64,000 nt of DNA, taken from contig JACQXK010000009.1 in assembly GCA_016208765.1 (NCBI GenBank), positions 118,255 through 182,254 on the forward strand, in the 5' to 3' direction. The notes beneath the pieces were generated by a model, which saw nothing but the letters and a program-made list of their open reading frames with translations, was not told the origin of the DNA and did no database searches. Source of the DNA: Candidatus Omnitrophota bacterium (GTDB lineage: Bacteria; Omnitrophota; Gorgyraeia; Gygaellales; Profunditerraquicolaceae). This document shows, one piece after another, positions 47,477 through 59,500 of this stretch (positions are counted from its first letter, which is position 1; every line of letters begins with the position of its first letter). A program made the translations under genes and the position numbers.

Positions 47477-47548
47477 GATTCCCTGTGAAAGGGGATTAGC
47501 CGGACTGATAACCAAACGGTCAGGTTTATCAGTCTGGCTTTTTATTTT
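47477..47548 (+). terminator. leader hairpin plus intrinsic terminator before the giant gene
   Basis: gattccct-gtgaa-aggggatt, then agccggactgataa...ttatcagtctggct-TTTTATTTT. Confidence 0.7.
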
Positions 47549-47585
47549 GACCACTTATTAAAAAAGTTTAAAAAGGAGAAAACGG

Positions 47586-50500
47586 ATGTTGGACTGGCAG
47601 AAGAATAATAAGTTAAGGGCATTCATCAGGACTATCTGTGTTGTTTTAATAATAACCTTTCTTTCCTATGATTTATCTTGGGCAGGTGCAACCGAAGTAT
47701 TTAGTCCCAAAAACTGGTGTGCAGCGGCCAAGCCGAAAGATTTCACTTCAATCGAAATTCCCCAGGAACTCGGAGTAATTAAGGAATCCTATATTTCAAA
47801 ATCTAATCCGCATAAGCTGATTATCCATATTCAGGATGCCCATGCTAATGTTGAGGCGCAGGAAAATGAGGCAAAGCTCATCAGTTATCTTAAAGATAAA
47901 TACAGCGCGAATCTGGTTTCAGTGGAAGGCGGCTTTGGCGATTTTGACGCTAAATTCTTCCGGGAATTTCCCAAAGATAAAAAAGTAAGAAATAAGATTG
48001 CGAGATATTTTCTCTCTAAGTCTTTTATTTCCGGTACAGATTATCTTTTGATTACTGATAATTCGCCTCCGGCAGTTTACGGCGCAGAAGACAAAGATCT
48101 CTATTCAACGCACCTTGCTGTCTTTAAAGATAATCAGGAGATCGTTAGCGCTCTTAATCGATCCTTGGGTCTTTTGGACAACGCAGTTGAAGCCTTGAAA
48201 GATAAATTCTATTCCAGGGACTTAAGAGAACTGGATAAAAAAACAAGTGATTTTAGAGAAGGAAGGCTCGCTTTAGAGGATTACCTCTCTTACCTTAATA
48301 TTGCCTCAATTGTAAATAATCTGGACCTTGCCGGGTTTCCCAGTCTTTATCGTTTGATTACTTCCGGAGAGCTGGAAAGAAAGATTAACTTTGATAAAGC
48401 CGAAGCCGAACGCCAGGCATTGATTGAAACGCTTGCCAGGACGTTAGAGAGAAATGAACTCGAGGAATTAATAAAGGCCAGCCTTGATTTTAAATCCAGC
48501 AAGCTTAGTCCTGCTGATTATTATACCTATCTAGAAGGTTTAGCCAAAAAATCCGGCATCGCAGCCGGCTCCTATAATAATTTATTTACCTATATTAAGT
48601 ACATAAGTTTATCCAGCGGCTTGGATAATTCCCGGGTCTTTCCGGAAATAGACGAGCTGGCAGAAAGGCTCAAAGAGAAGTTAATTGCTTCTTCCGGACA
48701 GAAAGATATAGATAAACTCTGCCTGATGACGCGCATCCTTAAAGGCCTTGCGGAGATAAACCTTTCGCCCAAAGAATATGAATATTTTAAGAAAAGCAGG
48801 AATGATTTTACACGAAAAATTCTTGCCGGGCTTTTCGGGAGGTATCTGAATAATTCTTATGTTAAGAATCTGCCTGCGGATGATCAAATTTTATCTTTAG
48901 AGAAATTCTACAGCCTTGCCCATGACAGGGATAAGGCAATAGTCGAGAATTCTCTTAGCCGTTCAGACAGAGAATATAGCGCTAATTCTGTTATTCTTGT
49001 TGCCGGCGGTTTCCATACCCAGGGCATCACTTCAATCCTGAAAGAAAAAGATATCTCATATTTAGTTATCGCTCCAAATCTTAAAACAGCACAGGAAAAA
49101 GAATCAACCTATTTTTCTTTGCTCAAAGATAAGAGAATTCCTTTGCAGGATGTTTTAACTGATCCGGATACTTTGCAGATTATAAACAGTATTTCCGATC
49201 CCCAGGCTCGGAAGCTGCTGATTAACTACTGGGTTGCCCGGGCATCAAGGTATTATTCTTATGAAGATTTGAATGTCCAGTTAAACCGACTTGCTTTATC
49301 CGATGCCGATAAAACCGCAGTTAACCTTGCTTTAAATGAAATTCCCCATCAGGAAAACATGGTTGTTAAAGAATCTCCTGCCAGCCGCGGAAGCAGCCCT
49401 GTAAAGACAGAAAAGGATTTCTTCAGGGTTATTTCTTTTGTCTTAAGTTTTGGTTGGGCAGCTACAGCCTGGGCAGATTTTGGCCATGTCTGCCACAAAG
49501 CCATCTCAGGATTGCAGGATTTGGTTACTCAGCCGGTTGTGATTATTTCGGGGATCTGCGCCGGAATTGGTTATATGGTTTATCGTATCGCAAAAAAGAT
49601 ATTCAATAAAGGCCCGGCGCCAATGCAGAGGCAGCCAGAGGCAGTGCCTTTGGAAATTATGCCGCCAGAAGTATATGCAGCTAACCGGCCTATGCAAAAT
49701 ATTATGCCGCCAGTTCCGCATGTAATCAGCCGGCCAGCACAGAATAATCTGCCGGCTGCAGCCGGCGAAATCAGCGAAGAAATCCGCCGGTTAGGCGAAT
49801 TTATCTCTCAGGCTTCCAGCGAGACCCTCTCCAGGAGTTTCTGGCCGGCAGGGCCTTTTGAACTGCCGCTTCCCATGCCGATTACGGAATTTGAACGGCT
49901 GCCTTCTGACAGGGAAAAAATTGTCAGTATTCTGGAAAATATGCAGCGGATGATGGATTGGGCTGATGAAACAGCCCTTCATGATTTTGAAAAGGCAGTT
50001 GATAACGCCAGAGACCGGACAACACAAGAAGCCTTATCAGGTTTTGACAGGTTATCTAACACCCAGATTCATAATCTCGCCACCAGCGGGTATTTGGCAG
50101 AACTACAAAGAGAATTCCAGCAGGTCATTGATAATCAAGCCCAACTCATGATACATTCCTATACTCCAAGCGCCCAGGAACAAACCCTCTATGTGAGTGA
50201 AGAAATGGACCAGAGATATCCGCGTCTGCCCAGATATCTAAAATGGCTGCTTGGTAATAATCCCGGGCTTGAATCTGATCCTTTAATCAGGGATTTCCTT
50301 TATGCGGTTGAGATGAGGATGATGCGAATACCGCCTTTTCCTGAAATGGTCAGGGAATATTCCAGAGAGGCATTATACAAGTCGTTATATCTAAATCCTG
50401 AACTGGCAAAGCGCTTAATTTTGTATTTATCTAATGGTGTTTCAGAAGGTGCTGTTTTTGATGAAGCACGCACCCAGGAGCTAATCACGCAGGAGTTAGC

Positions 50501-53500
50501 TCCGGCACCCGAAGCCTTGCCTGAACCGGATATTAAAAAGATAACAGCAGAAAAGTCAGAACTCCGGTCATTGGAAGAGGCTTGCAACCAGCTAACGGCT
50601 AAATTGAACGAGCAGGAAGAATTAGCAAGAAAGATCGAGGCTGATCTTCGCGAATTAAACGAGAGTCTTGAAGAGGCGCGCAGGCAGAACGATGCAATTA
50701 TTATTGACGCTTTAAACCCGGCAGCCGCAGGCCTGTCTGCAAAATTAGAAAGAGAAAAAGCCTTACTTTTAAAACTCCAGCAGGAAAAAACCGAATACGA
50801 AGATAGAATTAAAAAAGTAAAAAAGGATTTAGGCTTGGATGAAGGCACGACACTTTATTCATCCAGTCCGCTTACTATGGGAGTTGTTGCGGTATTTGCG
50901 GCGATGTTCGGTATTCCTTTATACATCACAAAAAAGATTATAGGTAAATATTTTACTACTACCCTTGCTAAGGTATTCGGTATAGGTGCCGGTATCGCAA
51001 CGCTTATTCCGGGTTATTATATTTATTACGCAAGTCTGAAGCCGCAGATAGAGCAGGTTTTTGTTAATTTCCCGGAAGCTGATTGGGCGAGGCTTGCTTC
51101 TTTCGTAATTATCTGGCCGATTTCTGTAATTATCGGAACTCTCTTTGGAAAGATTGGCGAAGAAGTAATACATGAGGCGCTGTATGACAGGGCGAATTCT
51201 GCGTATAAGAAAAAAGATTTTGCCAAGGCAGCGGATTTAATTAATCGCGCGATAGAATTAAGAGAAAAGCCCGAGTATTATGCTTTGCTGGGAGACTGTA
51301 GATTTGAAGAGAAACGAATTAACGCGGCCATTGAAGCCTATGAGAGTGCTTCAAGATTAGGAAGCAAGAACAACCTGGCATACAACAGCCTTGGCGTGTT
51401 GTATGCACAAACAGGCAATGATGCAAAGGCCATTGAGAATTATAAACGTTCGTTAGAATTAAAGCCCGACAATGCAGTGGTTTTAACTAATTTGGGAAGG
51501 GTCCTGCATAGAAAGGGCCAGCTCTTAGAAGCGGCAAGGGCTTTGCAGCGCGCCCAGGAAATAAGACCTGATCTATCAGTTACCGAAGAATTAAATCAGA
51601 TCTTGCGCCAGGCAGCTGGTACTCCAAAACCGCAGCAGCCAAAAGACCTTGATTATATTAGGACAAAGAAAGCTTCACTTATAATTGACAGGGAAAAGTC
51701 TTGGCTAAACCAGCTTAATGATAAGGATGTTTTAGGGCCACTTATGTTCTTAGGCGCAGTTATAGGCTGGGTTTTGGGAGGCTTATTCTTACATTATGTC
51801 CCTTACGGCCATCATTGGAATTTAGGAACTTCAGCTGATCCTTCTTGGTTAGGAATTGCTGTTTGGACAGGAGAAATTATTGGTGCTCCGCTTGCAGGCG
51901 TAGGTTTAACTATGCCAATTATATGGATTAGCGATAAGATTACCACATTCATAAGGCAGGTTTACAGATATATAAAATTTCCCCATGATTACAAAATAAT
52001 GCAAAAGATTAATATAAAGCCTTCAGATGAACTTTCAGATGAGGATTTAAAACGGGCAGCACCTTTATTTGCCCGGCTTCCCAAGGATTATTTAGAGGAG
52101 ATATTCCGTTCCTGGGTTGAAGCCGGACATGATGAAAAAATACCGCGGCTTTTTAAATTCGACAACTGGAAGTCAAGCAAGATACAGGTTTATTCGGATA
52201 TCGGAGAATATAAAAAAGCAATACGCGCGGCTGTTGTTAAGTTTACGAATTCCCAGGCAGAGCAGTCCAGCCTGACAACAGAGATTGACAGCCAGAAGGA
52301 AAGGCTTGCGCAAAAGGGAATAGAGAATTCCATTAGATTGTTAAAAGACATCCTGCCGCAGGTAGCCGAGCATTCCCGTACAAGACAAGAGTTTATTTAC
52401 TGGCTTAATCTGCTTGTAGATTTGCCGGTAAATGTCTGGAATCAAGGTTCAAAGCGCGTTTTGGATGATTTTACCGATTTAAGAGAGTTTAAACAAGTTC
52501 AGGAAGCTGTCTTGAAAAAATTTGCTCACAATCCGCAGGAAGAAGAGAGGATTAACAAAGTAATAGAAAAGTTGAAATCAAAACTCAATGAAGACGGATT
52601 TTTTAGTCCCGCCGGAATTTTAAAGACAGCCTTAGATGAAGTGAGTAAAGTTTCTCGCGATATCAATGAATTTATATTCTGGGTGAATGAATTAACACAA
52701 TTTGACAAGAATCTTTTTTCTTCAGGTTTTGGATATTCAAGGAGGCAAACAGGAGACGCCTGTCTGCCGGCATTACAGAACCTGGTTGTATATGAAAGAA
52801 CAAAAGAAGAAGCCGCTAAGAAATTCTGCAAGGATGATAATGAAATCAAGACACTCTACCAGGCTGCTGATTCTTTAAAGAAACTATTAAGGGAACAATC
52901 TTTCGCCGGTAATTTCTCAATATTAAAAGATATTATCTTAAGAGTAGCCGAGGTCTCGCGAAGTTTAACGGAATATCTTGATTACATAGCTGTATTAAAA
53001 ACCTTTGATAAAAATATTTGGCGCAGTACACAGACAGTTTTACAGGCCCTTAACAACCATATTGACTATAAAAAGGCAAGAGAAAATGCAGCAGCAAAAT
53101 TCACGCATAATGATTCAAACCGGCAGAGATTCCTTTCAGATGTCGATGATTTAAGAAATCAGCTAGTGCAAAAAGGTTTTCCTCATGCCTCGGACTTGCT
53201 CAAAGACGTGCTTCCGGAATTAACCAAGACCTGTCGCTCCAGCGAAGAATTTGTTTATTGGCTCGGGGAATTAGTCGGGTTAAATCCCAGCGTATGGCAC
53301 GCAGGAGCCCATGCAGTAGTCAGCAGTTTTAATGATCTGGCTGGCTTTAAACAGGCTAAAGAAATGGCCCTTGATAAACTTTGTGCCAGCCGGCAGGAAA
53401 AAGAAGAATTAGCTAAAACAATTGACGGCCTTAAGGCAAAACTTGAAGGAAAAAGGCCCGGTTGCGCAGGCCTCTTCAAAGATCTCATTTTAGAGATTCT

Positions 53501-56500
53501 AAAAGATATTGATACGCTTTCTAACCCGTCTTACAGAAAGAATGACTTTATCTGGTGGCTGGCAATGTGCGTTAATTTTGAGCCGGCGGTCTGGCATGCC
53601 GGAATAACGCAGGTTTTAACAGGTTACCGGGAATTAAAAGATTATGTAAGAGAAAGGCGGGAATTATCCGCAAGATTCGCTGCTAATCCTGAAGAAGAAA
53701 AGCGGTTGTCAGGCGCTTGGGATAATTTGGATAAAGCTGCTAATTTTGCAAGGCCTGCTTCCATCAACCTGCTTAAGGGTGCGTTAGATAAGTCAGCTCA
53801 AATTTCCGCTAACCCAAGAGAATTTGTTTTTTGGGTGGGGACTTTATCCGAATTAAACACTGAAGTGCTGGATATATTCTGCCGCGACATCGAAACCGTC
53901 TTTAGCTATTACAAAGAAAAAGGCAAATCACGCGACTTTAACCATTTACCCGCAGCTCTAAACCAGTACTATAAAACTTATCATCAGATAATCCTTATTA
54001 CACTTGATCTCTTGGATATATTAACTGAGCCGGGGGTTGATATTAATGCCAGGGTTGAAAAAGCTTCCCGTTATATAGTTGAGCAGAAAATTGTCAGATT
54101 GGGCGCGCCCCCTAATTTGATCGGATTAAAAGATGTTGTCAGTTTTGACCAGCTGCTGGGCATTGTCGGCGAAGGCGGTTTTGGCGGTTTATTAAATTAT
54201 CACTGGCAGGAGGAAACGACATCTTATGATGATTACGGAGGTTATGGCGAATCATCTTATTATGACACTAATCTTCAGCCTATCCGCCTTATTGTTCCCA
54301 AAATGGGCAGGGATGGAATGTATTCGTTTTGGGAAGCGCAGCAGCCGCCTTATTATCGGCAGTTTCAGGAGGAGACAAGAGGCTTAGCTCCGGGCTTCCG
54401 CAGGCCGGGAGAAAAATTCAGGGTGGCGTATGATGACAGAGTATTAAACTGGAGCAAAGAAGATATTTTTCAGGTTATGCCTATTGCAAGCGATGTAGAG
54501 GCATTGCAGCAGTTGATCCGGTATTTGCGTATGGAATGGCCGAATCTTTACGAAAGCTTTATTGAGCCTAAAAGAGACTTGATTAAAGATAGATTCTTAG
54601 AAGAATTCGTTACCCCGGATACAGTCTTAAAAATGTCGCAGCAGCTTTTAGGTAAAGTGCAAAACTGGAAGTTTAGCGATGACGAAAGAACAGTATTCCT
54701 GATTAAGATTATGGAGATATTTGCTTTTTCGGAAACCGCAGATTTAAGGACAAGAATTAACAATGCTTCAGAAGATTTTAATAAACTAAGGCTGGTAGCA
54801 GAGTATTGGGAAAAAGTTTTAGAGTTAATTTTGAAGCATAATTGGCTGCAGGAAAAATCCAAATTCTATAAAAGTGTTGCCAAGATAATTAAGCAAAGGA
54901 CAGCTACAATTAATGATAAGTTAGGTAACGGCTCAGAAGGGGTGATGCAGTTTTATCTTTCCGGAGGAACGGTTGCCGACTTCTTCAGGGGTATTGTCAG
55001 CTGCGATTGTACCAAGCCCGGAGGACAGGCTTTTCAAAATACCCTTGGCACAGTGGTTGATCCTGGATTTCTCTTATTCAAAATTATTGAGAGCGGACAG
55101 TGGGCAGGAAATATTTATTCGGTTATTTTCAAAACAAAGGATGGTAAATTCGCGTTATTCGTAGATGTATTCCAGATTAATCTCGGGCATCCCTTGGTTG
55201 CGCAGGGCGATACCTGGAATAAGAAAAGGGAAAGGTTTATTGCGGCTTTCTTCCAGGAATTTAAGTCGTATCTTGCCTCTCAGGGTTTTGATTATTTGAT
55301 TTTTGCCAATACCCATTCTTCTCAGAAGATCGGTGAATATATCCATAGAGAACTGGTTAAGCAATCAGGCAGGTCCTCAGCAGAATCCTTAAGTTTGAAA
55401 AAGCCCGGAGGGCTGGCGCATTTAGGCGAAGGAGCCTTGCCTGTGGAATTTGTACAGGGAGTGGGTAATATTGCGCCGGGTTTTCAGAGTGTTTCAGGAT
55501 ATAAGATTGCTTTGGATAAAAATACTGCGCAAAGCGCGCAGCAGAGAAAGAAAAAGCTCGATGCTCTCACTGTTTTATTAAAAGAAGCAGCTAATGAAGA
55601 ATCTCGCTTATCCGGAGTTTTAAGACAGGCGCAAAAAGAATTTAATCAGCTTAATGCGAGAGGCAGGGAAGCCGCTAATTCCGGAAAGAACTCTGTTGCG
55701 GAGGCGCTTAGAAAAGCTTCCGAACAGAAAACTTTGGAAATCAATAAAGTCAATTATGAATTACAGGGGATCAGGCAGAGAATGCAGCAGGCCCAACTGG
55801 AAGCCGGGCAGATTATGGGAGCTCTTGGTTTACCGCAGGCGCGTCAAGACAGAACATCTTCCGCTGTCATCGGAAAATTTCTGTTGGCACTTCCAGTTGT
55901 AGGAGCTCTGAATTTATTTCTTGCCCGGTCTGCGCAGGCTCAAGAGCCTTCGTTTATCGAAGAGTTTGTCCGTAACCCGATAGGTTTCTTTTTAACTTTT
56001 TTAGGAGGCTTGGGAATTCTTTGGTTCATTATAACAAAGCTTTTTTCGGAGAAAGAAGAAACACTTCCTTATTACGACAGGAGTTTTCCCAGGCGTCCAA
56101 TAATTGAAGAATACCGCCTGCCGGAAGATGTAAGCGATCAATTAGACAGGGTCTTGGAAAAAACCTCTCCTAATGTTGCAAGCTTAATTCCTAAGAAAAT
56201 AGATATCAGATTGCCTCATATGTCCGGCATAAGTCCTAATCAGGCGGTTAAGGCGCTAAGATTTATTTTTACCAAGTTAATAAAGCATAACTCTATATTG
56301 GATTTCCTCAAAGGGCAGGATTTCTATAAGAAATTTAAGGATAGAACAAGTGAGCTGGGTTTAGCCGGAGATTTTGACCAAGCACAGCATAGTTACTTTT
56401 TTACCGTAAAGAGAGAAAAAGACCCTGATGTCCAATATGAGCTTAGTTTGTCAGAACGCAATGCCGATAGTATTTTAAGCGGGATTGCCAGCGGTGATTG

Positions 56501-59500
56501 CACATCCATAAACAGCCATGCTTTTTCTAACACTATTCCGCAGTTTATGCTTGATCCGGGATTTTTAGTTTTTAAGCTTTTGCAGGATGGTAAGTGGGTG
56601 GGCAATGTTTATACAATTGTTGCGCAAAAAGACAACAAACCGATTCTCATTATTGATGCTGTGCAATTGCCTGTTTTAGGCAGGGAGTGGCCGGCTCCGG
56701 CTGTTGAATTAGCAGACAAAATTGTCGAGAAAATAATTGAATACGCGCAAGAGCAGGGTTTCTCCGCGGTTTTAATGAGCAGTTTTATTTCTAATTTTAG
56801 CGCTGTGTATAAGCATTTCAGCCTGCAATATCCGGTGAAAGCGGCAAGGATAGAGAAAGTCGGAGGTTTTGAACATTTAAAAGCCTTGGGCCTTTGGGAT
56901 GATTATGTATTGTGCAATGAGTACTTGGAAACTTTCAGTCCGCAGTGGAATTATTCTTCAAAGACAAGAGTCAACCCGAATAATCCGGAACAAACATTGT
57001 TATTAAGGAATATTTGGGAGAAGGCCCGGTCTTTAGATGAAACTAAAGAAGATCCTGTTCCTGCTTCAAGCCCGATCCAGTCTGTTTTGAATAAATTAAA
57101 GATCGCGGTTCTTATTGGAATAGTGTCTTTATTTATACTTGCTATGCCGCATAAGGCAAATGCGGCTAAATTTGCGATAACCGGCACAACACCGCCCCAG
57201 GTTGTAGCTGTAGTGGAAAAGGGAGATACTGCCTGGAAAATTGCCGGACAAGCATACAAAGAAGTCGAAGGATTGGGTAAAGGCAGTTATTCTGCTAACT
57301 TGCAATGGAAAAGAATTTACGAAGCTAATCCGCAGCTGCATCACCGTCCGAATAATACTCTTGCGCCAATGTACGAAAACGGCAGGCATTACGAAGATGA
57401 CAAGCATATTGTAGTTAATATCAGGCCGGGTGACAGGCTGGTTATTCCGGGACAAGTAAATTACGAGACAACAGGATTACAGGCGCCTGCCTTACAAAAG
57501 CCGGCTGTTCCGGAAGCAGGAGTTTCTCAACCGCCAGTCAATGTCCAACAAGCAGAACAGGAATTTTCCAAACTGAAAGAGCAAACCCAGACCGCGCAGG
57601 CTGATTTAGAGAGGCTGCAAAAACAGAGGGATGAACTTAACCGCCAGATTCAAGAACTACAAAACCAGCTTAATGATGCAAGAGAGCAGTCTCAAGCTTT
57701 GCAACCCATAGAAGCAAGGCGCAAAGCTTTGGAAGACGAAGCAAAGCAGCTTGAAGAGAAGCGGGCTAGGTATGCTCAGGAAATCGTTGATCTTGAGAAA
57801 CAATACCGCGACGCTCAGGATAATCTAGCTAAAGTTATTTCTGAAAGAGAAAAAGCCCGAGCGGAGCTGGAACAGCTTAAGCAGCAAGTTCCCCAGAAAC
57901 AGGCTGAGTTAAATAGGATTAGAGAAGAAAACGAAAGACTGGAGGCGCAAAGAAAACAGATTCAGGATAATCTATCCAGGCTGCAAAACCAAAGAGGTGA
58001 TTTGCAAAAGTCAATTGACCAATTGAATCAAGAAAGAGCTGAATTGCAGAGGGATTTGGAAAATCTCCGGCAGCAGATAGTTGAAGCCAAGAAAATATTA
58101 GATGAAGCAAAGCAAAAAATCCAGCCTGTCTGGAAAAATGTTTGGGATGGTTTATCGCTTCCGGCAAGAATAGGGCTCATTCTTTTATTTATAACCGGCT
58201 TAGGAGCAATCGCCGCAGGGATCATTTTGATAAAGAGATGGCATAAATTCAAAGAATTAGAAAATAAAATAAACCGGTTAAGAGAAGAAGCCGAAGACTT
58301 AGATGGCCAGCTTACGCCTTTACGCGCAGAGAAGGATGATCTTGTTAAGATGAAAGAGGATACGCTTGCAGAAAAAGTTAGAGTTGAGAAAGAAGCAAGG
58401 AAGGTATCCCAACAGCAGACCCAGCTTGAAGCTGATAGAGGCATACTTACGCAAGAATCTCAGGATTTGCAAAAACAAAAGGAAGAAATAGAAAAACAAA
58501 AACAAGGCTTAGCTGAATTAGATAAACAAAAACAAACAGTAAAGGATGAAATTACGCAATTAGAAACTCAACGCGACGGCCTTAATCAAGCATTAGCTCA
58601 AGCGCAGGAAGAGGTCAAGAAGGTTCAGTCTCAGACGCAAACGCAGATTAATGCCTTAGATGATCAGTTGCAGGAGGCAAGGGAAAAATATGAAACCAGC
58701 TTTGCGGAGATAGAGGAGCAGAAATCTAAAACTCAGGGTGAATTACAGGGTTTGCTTTCTGAAAAAACCAAGGCAGAAGGAGAATTGAATGCTTTGGCCG
58801 AAAAGACAGCTTTATTAGCAGAGACACAAGGAACCTTGCTTGAGGGATTGCAGGATTTAGAAAAACAGCAAAAAGCAACTCAGGAAAATATTGAGCTTTT
58901 AAGACAGGAAGAAGCCGGATTAAAGGATAGAGCTGAGAAGTTAAGAAAAGTCAGGGAGATTAAGCCGGAAGTAGAGGGTTTGGCAGCCAGGGCAAGAGCT
59001 ATTTCTCAGGAAGTTAATTCTTTGTATTTAGGAGAAGAAGGCAAGGCACGCGGAGTAGACGCTTTTGTCAGTCTAGTGCAGACAAAGAGCCATAGCGGAG
59101 ATGAACATCAAATCAGAGAAGAATTAAAAGGAATTTTGACGTCTCTGGGAGGAAAAATAATTTTAGAATGCGGAACAGCTAATAAACAATGCGGGTTAAA
59201 GAAAAACGGCGGTATTGTTCCGCAAAATCTGGTAGTGGAATTTCCGGGTACAGGCAGATTTAGTAAGGAGCCCGGATTTATTATTAATGCCCATATGGAT
59301 ACGGTTACTCACAGCACCCCAGAGCAGATGGATGTTTCAGATAGCGCAAAAGGATTTTTTCATAAAATAAACGGTTCGTTTGGTGCTGATGATAAAGCCG
59401 GGCTGCTGGTTCAATTAGAGGCTTTGCGTTTTATGAAAGACAATTATTGGGATAAAGGATACGACCACAGAAGGATCGTGTTTATCATTACTGCAGAAGA

